From contig CM075996.1 in the NCBI GenBank assembly GCA_038087875.1, positions 6,016,001 to 6,076,000 of the forward strand: DNA of 60,000 nt, read 5' to 3'. The DNA comes from Malacoraja senta. Taxonomy: Eukaryota. This document shows positions 11,888 through 24,234 of the stretch, in pieces; positions within the stretch are counted from its first letter, which is position 1; the number at the start of each line of letters is the position of its first letter. The translations under genes and the position numbers were made by a program. The notes under the pieces are model-generated. The model was given only the letters and a program-made list of their open reading frames with translations. It was not told the origin of the DNA and ran no database searches.

Positions 11888-13145
11888 GAGAACATAGAAC
11901 AGTAGAGCACAGGAACAGGCCCTTCAACACACAATGCAAACATGATGCCAAGAGCAACTCATCTGCCTGCACATAATAATCCATATCCCTCCATTCCCTG
12001 CATTTCCATGTGCCTAACCAAAATTCTCTTAAATGCCACTATCTTTTCTGCCTCGACCACCCTCAGCATTCCAGGCACTCAATACTGTGAGTGTGTGTGA
12101 AGAAAATTGCCCCACGCATCTACTTTAAACTTTGCCCCACTTATCTTAAAGTTACAATATTTGGTATTTCCATCCTGGGTAAAAGATTCTGACTGTCTAC
12201 CCTGTCTATCCCTCTCATAACTTTACATACTTTTATCTCCCCTCAACCTCCCTTGCTCCAGAGAAAACAGTACAACTTTGTCCCAACCTCATAGTTTAAT
12301 ACCCTCTAACCCAGGCAACATTCTGGTCAAGCTCTTCTGCACCTGCTCCAAAGCTACCACATTCTTCCTGTAATTGGGGCTGCTACACATTGTACTTTTA
12401 ATACGGCCCACCCAAAGTCCTCTAAGGCTGCAACATGACTTGTACTCAATCCCTGAACAATGAAGGCAAGCATAACATAAACATTCTTTACCACTCTCTC
12501 TACTTGTGTGGTCACCTTCAGGGAGCTATGGCCTGGGTCCCCAAGGTCCCTCTGTACATCAATACTGTAGATCAACCTTATTAATCTCTGTCAATATAGC
12601 CTTCACCACATTATGCATGATACACATTCCACCATGTAATCCAGTCCGGGATTTGAGTAGGACTGCAGCCACTAATAACAGCCTGCTTGTCCCTTAGTTT
12701 GGTAGTCTGAAAGTAGATGCGATGAGTGTAGAGTACGTATTGTTCTCTCTGCTTGGGTTTTAATAAATGCTTTGTGGTTCACCTAATACTTTGTAATGGT
12801 CTGATTACAAAACAAATACTATGAAGGGCTTTCCTCTTACTTTCCACCTCCCAAAGTGCAGCAACTCACTTGTTTAGATTAAGCTCTATCTGCCATTTCT
12901 CCACACATTTCTGTAGCTAATCTATATTCTGCTCTATATATTGCCAGTCTACCTCGCCGCCCTCAACTTCACCAATTTTGGTGTTGTCAGCAAACTTACC
13001 AACGAGCCCATCTACATTTGTGTCCAGGTGGTTTATATATTCATAAACAACAGAAGTCCCAGCTCCGATCCCCATGGAATTACATTGTTCTGCCAGAAAT
13101 AGCCCCCTTCCACCACAACCTTCTGTCTTCTATGAATAAAGTCAC
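11888..13145 (-). mobile_element. Second CR1 3' portion, interrupted by a solo LTR
   Basis: Begins with a GAACATAGAACAG tail and is colinear with the 11529 copy. Minus-strand remnants include QRDLG..HSSLKV..QV and KFADNTKIG (~12975-12995). Confidence 0.8.
12566..12814 (+). mobile_element. Solo LTR (249 bp) nested in CR1
   Basis: TGT...ACA termini; 5-bp TSD AATAC at 12561-12565 and 12815-12819; AATAAA at 12762-12767. The CR1 sequence resumes on both sides. Confidence 0.75.
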
Positions 13146-13902
13146 TTTCTCTTGTGCTTCCCTATTCTCCTACCATCAATGACATCACTAGAGCTATAGT
13201 CCAAAGTAGGGCTGCAGTTACTGAATGTGCTTTAATATATAGATTGGTTTATAAAAGTGAGCATTGGTTTGCAGCTCAATTCATTGTGGAGTTGCATGGC
13301 AGTGGAATAGTTTCCTGTAATTTGCCCATTTATGACCAGCCAGTTGAATTTAATCCCATTAGGAAGGAACTGGAACATTTCATGGCACTGAGTTATTAGC
13401 AAGATTCAGACTAATCTAATGATTAACTCTGCCCAGTTTATTTCCACTGGAGACTCTTTAACCTCGTTTAAAAAACAGATTAAATGTAGAGATTAAAAAG
13501 AGCTGTTTGCATCCACATTCTCTTGAAATACTATTGTGTAAATATTAATGGAAGGTTTGGAACTGCTGTGTTTCCCAGAATAAGTTTATGGAAGTGTAAG
13601 CAAACATTGTAAGCGAGTAGTGTGAAAATTTGTGTTGTAAATTGCTAACATGATGGGTTCTGGGTTCTTGTACTCCTTAAGAAGAGGAAATGAATGAATT
13701 TGCTTGAGGATGTTCAGATCATCTCTGGTTTGAAATCTTTTTGATGATCCAATTATGTGGTAAACATTCACGTATGATATTTAAATGCAAAATATCTGTG
13801 AATGATGTCCATCTTCAATTCAATACCATCTTAATGTCACACAGTTTTAAATGTAATTGACACCAGTACCTGATGCAGGATGCAAATCATTTATAAAATC
13901 CG

Positions 13903-15508
13903 ACATAGAAAATAGGTGCAGGAGTAGGCCCTTCGGCCCAGCACCGCCATTCAATGTGATCATGGCTGACGTGCCTTCTCCCCATATCCCTTGATTCCGC
14001 TAGCCCTAAGAGCTCTATCTACCTCTCTCTTGAATGCATCCAGTGAATTGGCCTCCACTGCCTTCTGAGGCAGAGAATTCCACAAATTCACAACTCTAGG
14101 TGAAAAAGTTTTTCCTCATCTCAGTTCAAATGGCCTATCTCATATTCTTAAACTGTGCCCCCCTGGTTCTGGACTCCCCCAACATCGGGAACATGTTTCC
14201 TGCATCTAGCGTGTCCAATCCCTTAATCATTTAATATGTTTCTGTAAGATGCCCTCTCATCCTTCTAAATTCCAGTGAATACAAGCCCAGTCGCTCCATT
14301 CTTTCATCATATGACAGTCCCGCCATCCCCGGAATTAACCTCGTGAACCTATGCTGCACTCCCTCAATAGCAAGAATGTCCTTCCTCAAATTAGGAGACC
14401 AAAACTGCACACAATACTACAATACTCCAATACAAATCACCAGGGCCCTGTACAACTGCAGAAGGACCTCTTTGCTCCTATACTCAATTCCTCTCGTTGT
14501 GAACGCCAACGTGCCATTATCTTTCTTCATTGCCTGCTGTATCTGCATGCTTACTTTCAGTGACTGATGTACAAGGACACCCATGTCTCGTTGCACTTCT
14601 CCTTTTCCTAATCTGACATAATTCAGATAATAATCTGCCTTCTTGTTCATGCCATCAAAGTGGATAACCTCACATTTATCCACATTATACTGCATCTGCC
14701 CACTCACCCAACCTATCCAAGTCACCCTGCTTCCTCTTCACAGTTCACACTGCCACCCAGCTTTGTGTCATCTGCAAATTTGCTAATGTTACTTTTAATT
14801 CCTTTATCTAAATCGTTAATATATATTGTAAATAGCTACGGTCCCAGCACCAACCCTTGTGGCACCCCGCTAGTTACTACCTGCCATTCTGAAAGGGACC
14901 CATTAATTCCTACTCTTTGTTTCCTATCTGCCAACCAATTTTCTATCCATGTCAATACCCTACCCCCAATACCATGTGCTCTAATTTTGCCCACTAATCT
15001 CCTGTGTGGGACCTTATCAAAGGCTTTCTGAAAGTCCAGATACACTACATCCACTGGCTCTCCCTTATCCATTTTACTTGTTACATCCTCAAAAAATTCC
15101 AGAAGATTAGTCAAGCAGGATTTCCCCTTCGTAAATCCATGCTGACTTGGACCGATCCTGTTACTGCTATCCAACTATTACATCTTTAATAATTGACTCC
15201 TGCATCTTCCCCACCACCGATGTCAGGCTAACTGGTCTATAATTTCCTGCTTTCCCTCTCCCTCCTTTCTTAAAAAGTGGGATAACATTAGCTATCCTCC
15301 AATCCACAGGAACTGATCCAGTATCACATTGGAAAATGATTACCAATGCGTCCACGATTTCTAGAGCCACCTCCTTGTGTACCCTGGGATGCAGACCATC
15401 AGGCCCTGGGGATTTATCAGCCTTCAGTCCCATCAGTCTACCCAACACCATTTCCTGACTAATGTGAATTTCCTTCAGTTCCTCCGTCACCCTAGATCCT
15501 CTGTCCCC
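13903..15508 (-). mobile_element. Young CR1 LINE, RT domain to 3' tail (non-inverted part)
   Basis: Minus ORFs KSPGPDG..GNYRPVSLTS, QHGFTKGKSCLTNL..VYLDFQKAFDKV..SGVPQG; tail ..CCTATTTTCTATGT at ~13903. Confidence 0.95.
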
Positions 15509-15910
15509 TTGCAGTTGAACAAAGGGGACTATGGAGTAATGAGGGCGGTGCTGGCCCAAGTTGACTGGAAAGGGACCTTGGCAGGGATGACGGTGGAACA
15601 GCAATGGCTGGAATTTCTGTGAATAATCCAGAAGATGCAGGATCATTTCATTCCAAAGAGGAGGAAAGATTCTAAGGGGAGTAAGAGGCAACCGTGGCTG
15701 ACAAGGGAAGTCAAGGACAGTATAAAACTAAAAGAGAAGACGTATAACATAGCAAAGTTGAGCGAGAAGCCAGAGGATTGGGAAACTTTTAAAGAACAAC
15801 AGAAGGTCACTAAAAAGGCAATAGGGGGAGAAAAGGTGAAGTACGAAGGTAAGCTAGCCAAGAATATGAAGAAGGATAGTAAAAGCTTCTTTAGTTATGT
15901 GAAAAGGAAA
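15509..15910 (+). mobile_element. Inverted upstream segment of CR1 ORF2 (region between endonuclease and RT)
   Basis: Plus-strand LQLNKGDY..VDW..EQQWLEF..FIPK..PWLTREVK..SKSFFSYVKRK abuts the minus-strand CR1 directly. Confidence 0.9.
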
Positions 15911-16121
15911 GCTCATTGACTTCAAACATTTTCACTCTCCACAGATGCTGCCTGACCTGCCGAATATTTTTACTTTTTGAACCACTAAAATAAAAATGAT
16001 AGGATGTGTGTTCCAGTAAATTAGCATCAAATTTCAATGGCGTTTTTGTAGATGGGCATTTTCTCTCAGAATAATTGACATCAGAAAATGGCTCAGTGAA
16101 AAAGCTTTATCATTCAGATGT

Positions 16122-16862
16122 ATGGGAGTTGGGAAAAGGGAAGTACAACAGGATCTGGGGGTCCTTGTTCAGCAGTCAATGAAAGTAAGCATGCAGGTAC
16201 AGCAGGCAGTGAAGAAAATGAATGGCATGTTGGCCTTCATAACAAGAGGAGCTGAGTATAGTAGCAAAGAGGTCCTTCTGCAGTTGTATAGGGCCCAAAT
16301 GAGACCACACCTGGAGTATTGTGTGCAGTTTTGGTACCCTAAGTTGAGGAAGGGCATTCTTGCTATTGATGGAGTGCAGCGTAGGTTTACAAGGTTAATT
16401 CCCGGGATGGCAGGACTGTCATATGCTGAGAGAATGGAGCGGCTGGGCTTGTATGCTCTGGAGTTTAGAAGGATGAGAGGGAATCTTATTACAATATATA
16501 TGATTATTAAGGGATTGGACACGCTAGAGGCAGGAAACATGTTCCCGATGTTGGGGGAGTCCAGACCCAGGGGCCACAGTTTAAGAATAAGGGGTAAGCT
16601 ATTTAGAACGGAGACGAGGAAACACTTTTCTCACAGAGAGTGGTGAGTTTGTGGAATTCTCTGCCTCAGAGGGCGGTGGAGGCCGGTTCGCTGGATACTT
16701 TCAAGAGAGCTAGATAGGGCTCTTAAAGATAGCAGAGTCAGGGGATATGGGGAGAAGGCAGGAATGGGGTACTGATTGGGGATGATCAGCCATGATCACA
16801 ATGAATGGCGGTGCTGGCTCGAAGGGCTGAATACTCCTTCACCTATTGTCTATTATCTATTG
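16122..16862 (+). mobile_element. 5'-truncated CR1 LINE
   Basis: ORF QQDLGVLV..RPHLEYCVQFW..VQRRFTRLIPG..RGHSLRI; tail CCTATTGTCTATTATCTATTG. Confidence 0.95.
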
Positions 16863-18154
16863 TATCAGAACAGTGAATATTAGTTTGGCCTTTCCCAAAT
16901 GCCTGCTAATATATTCTTTGAAACCACTGGTGGTGCTCTTTGTGAGAAAATAGCGTTTTCTCAAGAATGCATTTAATACTCTTCCACTCTAAGGTCCTTC
17001 CATTCTTCTGCAGCTCTCAGTAATTTGTTCGGATTTAGCATATATTTGCACAGCTTGTTTGCCCTCCCGAAAGACTTTGATCTAGATTGCATTCCAATTA
17101 CCATTTCTCTGATTACTTGACCAGACTATCGGCACTGTCTTCTTATCTTTTTCTCTTCCAAAAATTGGCTGTGGAATTTATAGTATCACCTGCAAACTTG
17201 TTAATCCTGGTTCCTACATCTAAGGCTACCCTTTGCTACTCCGACAAAGCCAAACTTGGATCTAATTCTTCACTTTCCTTTGGGTTCTTGTTAGATTTTA
17301 TTTATCTGATCAATTTGCTATGTGGGTAAATAAAACCCAATCTGTCTAAATGTGCTACCACATCTCAGACACGATCATTCTCGATGAAATCCATGTTGAT
17401 GGTTTTGATGAGCTATTTGTATCCTGGGATCAATTTCAACAGTGATTTAACAGCTTTCAAAAATGGTAATCCTTATTGATATTTTCGATCATGTGGTTGT
17501 CAACTAGAATATTTCCCACTTTCCTTTAATTAATTACATTGTTGTTTATGTGTTTTCATTGGAGAATGTTACATCTTTTATATTCACACATTGGTTAACC
17601 TTTTGATCACTAATAGATCCCTCTACTTCCATGGTTATCCTCTTACTCTTGTCTCCTAGCCATAAACATCATTATTTAAAACTGATTTTTACCGTCATCT
17701 AGTTGTTTACAATAAGCGAGTTTGGTATTCCGATAAACGCAAGGAATCATGAGATTTGTCAAAGGTCATTCGGGGGGAAAAAAGGCGAATGCAGCGCCGT
17801 ATAAAAGAATTGTTAACTATTCTACCAATGAATTAATCTAGAATTCTGTCAACTCAATAGCTTCCTTTCTTGTTCTGCTGTTCACACACTACTTACATAG
17901 TCCCAGTTCTAGTTCAGTTCATTAATCTGCAATTATGAGATATTCAAAAAGTTAAATAATATATTATTTTCATTTAATCCTTAATGTGTTTGCTACTGGA
18001 ATAAGAAAATATTACTTGTGTTTGAAACATTTTCTTTCTTATCTTTATTCATAATTTATGTGTAAAAAATATTTAATTTGAGGCAGGCTGCGACTGTATC
18101 AGTGTGATGTGGGCTGATGCTTTACCTACAGGCGGTGTGAATGTACCGTGAAGG

Positions 18155-18222
18155 CAGGGGTTGGTAACCTATGGCCCACGGGCCGGATCTGGCCCGTAAC
18201 CCGAAATCATCTGGTCCGCAGG
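18155..18222 (+). mobile_element. hAT-type terminal fragment
   Basis: CAGGGGTTGGTAACCTATGGCCCACGGGCCGGATCTGGCCCG resembles hAT/Charlie-type termini. No partner end was found. Confidence 0.6.
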
Positions 18223-19065
18223 CGTATTTTAATAGTGACTAGAATGTTGTTCTTGCCTTCAGTGGAACCTTGCCCAGAATTGCCCCAGTGCTCGGGCAAG
18301 GCAGCTCTCCGGGATGGTTTAGACTGGGATGGTTTTACATTGTGAAGTTCACTGTGCCTGAGCTATTGATTAGAGTGAACACCTTCTCCTGTGGACACGT
18401 CTCACTGTGGAGTCTGTCACAGACGGAGTCCACCACCTGTTGGTCAATAATTGGATCGATCTCCAGAACCAGTGGCTGCGGATCTACCGGTGTGTGTTCT
18501 TTCTGAACTGAACTCACTGTGGAATGCATCCATTAACAGAGTCACTCTGCTGCCGGATTCTAAGTTGACCCTGCCTTCCCTCTAGAACCCTCCTCGTCCC
18601 CATCAGACGCCGAGAGTCCAGAGCCCTTGTTAAACCACGGCCGGTCACGGTTAAGTCTGTGAAATTGGCCCCCATCAGAGACTGCGGGCAGGATTAGCGA
18701 AAGAAAGAACTATTCCGCCTATTGTAGCGGGTGGCTGTTCGTGAGTAGTGTGAGAGAGAGTGGAGGAGTGTGGGGCGAGAGATTTAATTTCCAGCGGCAT
18801 GTAAATAATGGACCCACGAGGATTGACACTGCAATGGCAGGAGCGAGAGTCTGTTTCAACAGTTTGTTTATTTTCAGCTGAGTTAAAAAATTAATACACA
18901 AAGCGACCTGAATGATCATCGATGCCGATGTCCTACATACTGCCATTTATAAAGTTACATTACTATATCGCAAGGAGTGAACAAATCCAAATATATCACG
19001 GAAAACTGTAAAAGTTTGTTTGCCGAAGTTCTTACCAACCACACCAATAACTGCAATGAGCGTAA

Positions 19066-19128
19066 AACTGTTATACCAGTGTCTCAAACCGAACATAGCA
19101 GTTAGTTTGAGACACTGGTATAACAGTT
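19066..19128. repeat. Perfect inverted repeat, 24-bp arms, 15-nt loop
   Basis: AACTGTTATACCAGTGTCTCAAAC (19066-19089) / GTTTGAGACACTGGTATAACAGTT (19105-19128). Confidence 0.97.
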
Positions 19129-20179
19129 ATATGCTCCGAAGCATAAAGTAATAAAACACTGAAGCATAAAGCAATAAAACCAACAAAATCATCGTAGTTT
19201 GTACAAATGAGCCATAAATACACCTAATTAATAAACATGAAAGCAGTATTTTCTTACCTCGAAGAAGCAAAACTGAAAAATACGGATGAAAAACAAGTCT
19301 CAGCTGGCAAGAATGTTTATCGTCAATGACCTGGGCACGCTCAGTTGAAATACTAAACTCGCTTATTGGGTATATATTCCACCAAGCAGATTTTTGCCTT
19401 TCAGCATCTTTCTAGCTCTTTTTTTCACACTGCACTCACTTAGTTTCATTTTAAAAGTATCCATTTTATACAACTCAACCACTTTCGATCTTAGCATGGT
19501 CCACATTCTATTTGTCCTGCCTCTAAACTAATACTTTGTGTCCTTTTGTGTAAACCACCATCTGCAGTTTCTTGTTTCTACATTATTACAGTATTATTTT
19601 AACACACTAGAAATTTTCAAAAGAAGTGGAAACCTCTAGCACTAACATATGTGGGACTTTTATGTTTATGTAGATTATGGGACGATATTAAATCCTCTAG
19701 TAATAGTTCTTACTTTACCTCATCCCCTCCCACCCACACACACACACACATGATGCGTACATGCACTTCGGTACAATAAATTTCTATAAGTAGCCTTTTG
19801 TTGTAATATGGAAATAAATGAGGCCTACATAGAAACTATCCTTTGGCTAAATTATGTGCCCAATCAAAAATGCAATGGCTAGTTGTGAATTATAATCTTA
19901 TACTCACCATTGGATATATCATGCAGATGATTACATTATTATGTCGACAGCTACACTTTGAGGTTAGAACTAGTATATCATGACTACATATGATAAAACC
20001 TTTGAGCTGATTTGTCTTTAGAAGTGTATTGTCAAAGAACAACAATCCCATTTTAGGCAGCGTGCATTTGGGTTACTGCACAATACAAGAGGATATTCAC
20101 AGATCTGTGGACGAAAATAAATAAATCTGTGCAGCATTGGAACATTTATATCATGCAAACAATTCCAGTGTGTATGTAA

Positions 20180-21909
20180 AACCCCTGTCTCACGGTGCGA
20201 GTCCACCCACGAGTGATCCCGAGTTTAAAACAAATCAAACCCATGGTAATCACGTGGAATTAACGTAGCGGGAACGTCGGAACTCCTGGACGTAACTTAG
20301 CTACTCGTAACGCTAACGGCAGGTACTCTGGAAACTTGTTAACTCGTAAAAATCTTTCAACATGGTGAAAGATTTCCACGAGTCAAATTTACTCTTGAAG
20401 TAAACATTTTAAACTTTTAAACTTGTAAGAACGTAGTAGCCCGTGAGTTTACCGTAGTGGCTCGTTAGTCTACCGTGGACACTCTTTAACTCAGCGGGAC
20501 AGGCAGCATCTCTGGAGAGAAGGAATGGGTGACGGGATGACGTTTCCAAAATTCTGTTGCGTCTTTGTGTTACTCCAGCACTGTGTTTACTTTTTGTCAA
20601 CCAGCATCTGCCCTTTCTTGTGTATGACATTATTTGTATCTGTGGCAGTTGATTGTCGCTCCCTTCAGTTTCCCAGGGGGTTGGGACGGGACTGGAGTTG
20701 GGAGGGAAAGGTTGGGGGAGGTATGAAAGGTATGAAGTCCTCGACAGTGAACCCCATGGGCAATCACTACCAAAGTGTTTGCCCACACAGTCAGTACACC
20801 TCTCCTACACTTGTCTCCCGTACTAAGTCACCCCAACCCCCCCCCCTCCCCTCCCCTCTCTCCCCACCCCCCCCCCCCCCACCTTTCCCTCCAAACTCCA
20901 GTCCTGTCCCGACCCCCTGGGAAACTGAAGGGAGTGACAATCAACTGCCACGGATACAAATAATGTCATACACAAGAAAGGGCAGATGCTGGTTGACAAA
21001 AAGTGAACACACAGTGCTGGAGTAACACAAAGACGCAGCAGAAGTTTGGAAACGTCATCCCGTCACCCATTCCTTCTCTCCAGAGATGCTGCCTGTCCCG
21101 CTGAGTTCTAAACTAAACTAAACTAAGAGGAGAACACTGGACCTTCTTGGTCAGTTTATTATTTTACACTTATATACATTACACAGATCAAGGAGTGTGA
21201 AATAAAGCTGGCAAGCCGAGGTCATGCAAGAAACGGAGGAAAACAGGGGACGATTTTATTCAGCAACTCCGTTCTGGCAGAACATCTATCCTGTGTTAAG
21301 AAACCTAATTTTCAGGGGATATAAATCTTGAGTTCAACTTCTACCTGAATTTAATCGATTTACAAAAGCCTTGAAGTTCTCCCTGCATTCCGTTTCTTAA
21401 ACAACTTTACGTTTTGCGCTTTTTTTGGCAGCCAAGTACTTTAAATGCCATTTATTGCATTGTAGCTATGATAGGCAACGATTTGATAAAAGGTTAAACC
21501 TGTTTTTTTTGTTTGCAAACACACAGCGGTTAATTACATGACAAGAGAAGCATGCAGCTACATAAGAGACACGGAGAAGCTGATCATCGGGGCAGTTCTG
21601 TCCATGGTCATGGGAGGCTTTTTATAGTTAAAAAAAACTGCATGACATCATTTTTATCCATGTGATGATTTTTCCACACGTCGGTAGTCATTGTTGGCTC
21701 AAGAGTAACTCGGGAGAGGAACTTGGTAACTCGGGAGAGGAACTTGGTACATCGCAGAAATGAGAAGTAAACTGCAAACTTAGACATACATGTGGGAACT
21801 CGTTTAAACTCGTGAACATAAACTTGGAATCTCGTAGACAACCACGAGTTTGATTTTTTCTTTCACTCGGGATCACTCGTGGGTGGACTTGCACGGTGAG
21901 ACAGGGCCA
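20180..21909. mobile_element. Non-autonomous PIF/Harbinger-like DNA transposon (1730 bp)
   Basis: ~60-bp imperfect TIRs (..CCCTGTCTCAC(G/C)GTGC(G/A)AGTCCACCCACGAGTGATCCCGAGT); TAA at 20177-20179 and 21910-21912. Confidence 0.8.
20488..21107. repeat. Long inverted repeat (~230-bp arms, ~155-bp spacer) within the Harbinger-like element
   Basis: 20488-~20718 is the reverse complement of ~20876-21107, with about 9 differences by eye. Confidence 0.95.
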
Positions 21910-24234
21910 TAATACTGTCATCTTCTAAGAGTCTTGTTGACTTTTCGGAGTTTGCATTATTCATAGCAACAAGAGGGCTTAGCTTAAGTGAACATGTGGT
22001 CGCATCGGATTCTATTTTTGTGCAAAAATGTTTGGTGTGCTTAATTGAAGAATGACCACAGTTGCAATAACATGTAGGAAAATTGGTTTGAACTTGTAGG
22101 TGCATTGTGAAACTCAGATTTTGTATCTGCATTCGTTAAATAATCAAAAAAGTATTTTTATTTACTGAATTCATGACTATCAAACCTGCTCAAAGAAAGC
22201 CTTGGAGTCTTTAAATTGGAATAGTGATGAATTAAAAAAATATATAAAAACGTGACAACTTGAATGCAGAGGGGAAAAAAATGATAGTAAGGGACACATT
22301 TTTCATATTGCTACAAACTTCAATAATTTTGCGTGTGATGCAGCTAATTTAGCCCAATAATAGTTGCCACTATCATTGTTTATTTTAGTCAGTAATTAAG
22401 TTGGACTTTTTCTGATGTGTCAATGCCATAAGCTGCATGGCTCTCAACTTGTTTATTTTCTACACTGCCACAAGATCTGTAAATAAACTCCCAGGGGCTT
22501 TCAAGTATTTTGCTTTAAGCTCCAAAGAGCACTTATCTGTATGGTGTTTGATAATTTTCTTGAGAATATCTTTATTTAAATACCCTGAATTGGATTGGTT
22601 TAGAACTCAAGTGGCTTGTCATGTTAAATAAATCACACCAAGGTTCTGCCACAGTTAAAATCTATTTATAACATGTTCTCACTGCTGACTCCATACTGAG
22701 TAGGGGATTTGGGAGGACCAGACTAATTATATCACAGAATCCTAATATGGTGTATTTTAATTGAAGCATATACATTTTTTGGATTATTTGGAGGTAACTG
22801 TGCTACAAAGAATTAACAATCCACCATCCATGACTCATTTCTGCTACTTGTATATTATGTGTAAATGAAGACTCATTTCAAAAAAGTCTGAAATTTTGAT
22901 AAATTTGTTGGAATAGTAGCAAGCACAGTTATTACGAGTTGTGTGATTTGCATATAAGCTATTAGCAGGTTGCATTGAGATTAGCACAACATAATGTAAA
23001 AACAATATGTCGCTGATCTTTGTAGTTGGTAGACTATAAAGAAACAGCTGTAACTGAAATATCGTAAAAGATAATATTGTGCTACAATTGATCATAAATT
23101 GACTGCTCCATTCTGCTTTCAATGTCTTGATAAAAGATTATTAATGATCTCCCTCTCTTCAGTTGTGCAATCATAAACTCACCATAACTCCTGAAGGGTT
23201 ATTTTCTGTTAATGTCATTTGCTACTGTCTTATCATAAAAAAATTGGAATATTCAAAACTTGATGATTTAAGTACGAAGAAGTGTTTTGTCCACAAATCT
23301 CCTTTTAAGGAATTAAATGTGACATACTTTGTTTGTATGGGAAAACTAGGGATGTAATGTATGAGATATTTAAAGGGCGTGCAAAGGCTTTATCAGTAAG
23401 GCTGGTTGCAATTTGGGAGATTTCTGCTAATTGTATTTAAGTACTGGCACATATGCTTGTGTTTTACCAGTAGACAAAATCTATTTGCTTCTGGTGTCTT
23501 TTTAGGACCTACTGAGCATTTGAACTAGTGATTTTGAGAGTGGCTTATGGTCCTATTTGTAAATAAAACTCGTGCAGTTTTTGCTTATGAGTATCTTTGG
23601 ATCCAAGGGTACATCCTTATTGTGTAATTAACCATAATGCAGTACATTTAAGGGAAAGATCTGCCAAGTAAGATCGTCTGTTATGGTAAATCTCGACTAT
23701 AATTCTGTTGGCTGATGCTTGCAAGACAAGTCCATCGATCTGTCTTGCTTTGTGCTGCTGCCAGCACGTCTGCACAACTGAAATACACGGTTGCAAATGA
23801 ATTGAGTGTTTTATTTTACCCCATAAGAATTACACGAACAATAAACATCAGCTACATTCAATCCAAATTGGGAATTGTATTTGTACCAATAGATGCTCCT
23901 CAGTAGTCACAAAGACTGATTCTTTGCCAGATAAAGGCACAGGCTATATAAAAAATAAATATGTAGACAAGATTAATATAGAGAAAGAGAGGCTCTGCAT
24001 TTGTGTCCATGATCTAGTATGAATGAAACACCAGATTCCAGCTGGGGGGGGGGAGATAAAGAGTGGAAATGTAACAGGAAAGATAGTTTTTTGCACACAG
24101 GTACTTAATCACAGTAAAAAAAAATGAGGATGAAGGACTATTTTATGCACCTTTCATCGTGCAACTCCCAGTAGCTTCTAGAAAACTGAAAATAGATAGC
24201 TTGTCTTTCTAGCCATCCAAGTCATGAGGGAAAG

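Larger units (their letters stand above)
17714..19364. mobile_element. Non-autonomous DNA transposon, ISL2EU/PHIS-like
   Basis: TIRs AAGCGAGTTTGGTATT / AATACTAAACTCGCTT (1 mismatch in 16). Flanked by AT on both sides (17712-13, 19365-66), giving a reconstructed palindromic site CAATTG. Confidence 0.65.

Noticed and set aside
16108..16867. TATCA as TSD of the + strand CR1, with a ~9-nt inverted 5' piece
   Set aside because: Too short in AT-rich DNA to distinguish from chance without an empty-site comparison.
20409..21025. Opposite-strand ORFs sharing FPPNSSPVPTPWETEGSDNQLP..
   Set aside because: The identity results from the DNA inverted repeat; no protein family features.
23523..23537. ACTAGTGATTTTG resembling part of miR-7
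   Set aside because: The seed region is absent and there is no precursor hairpin.
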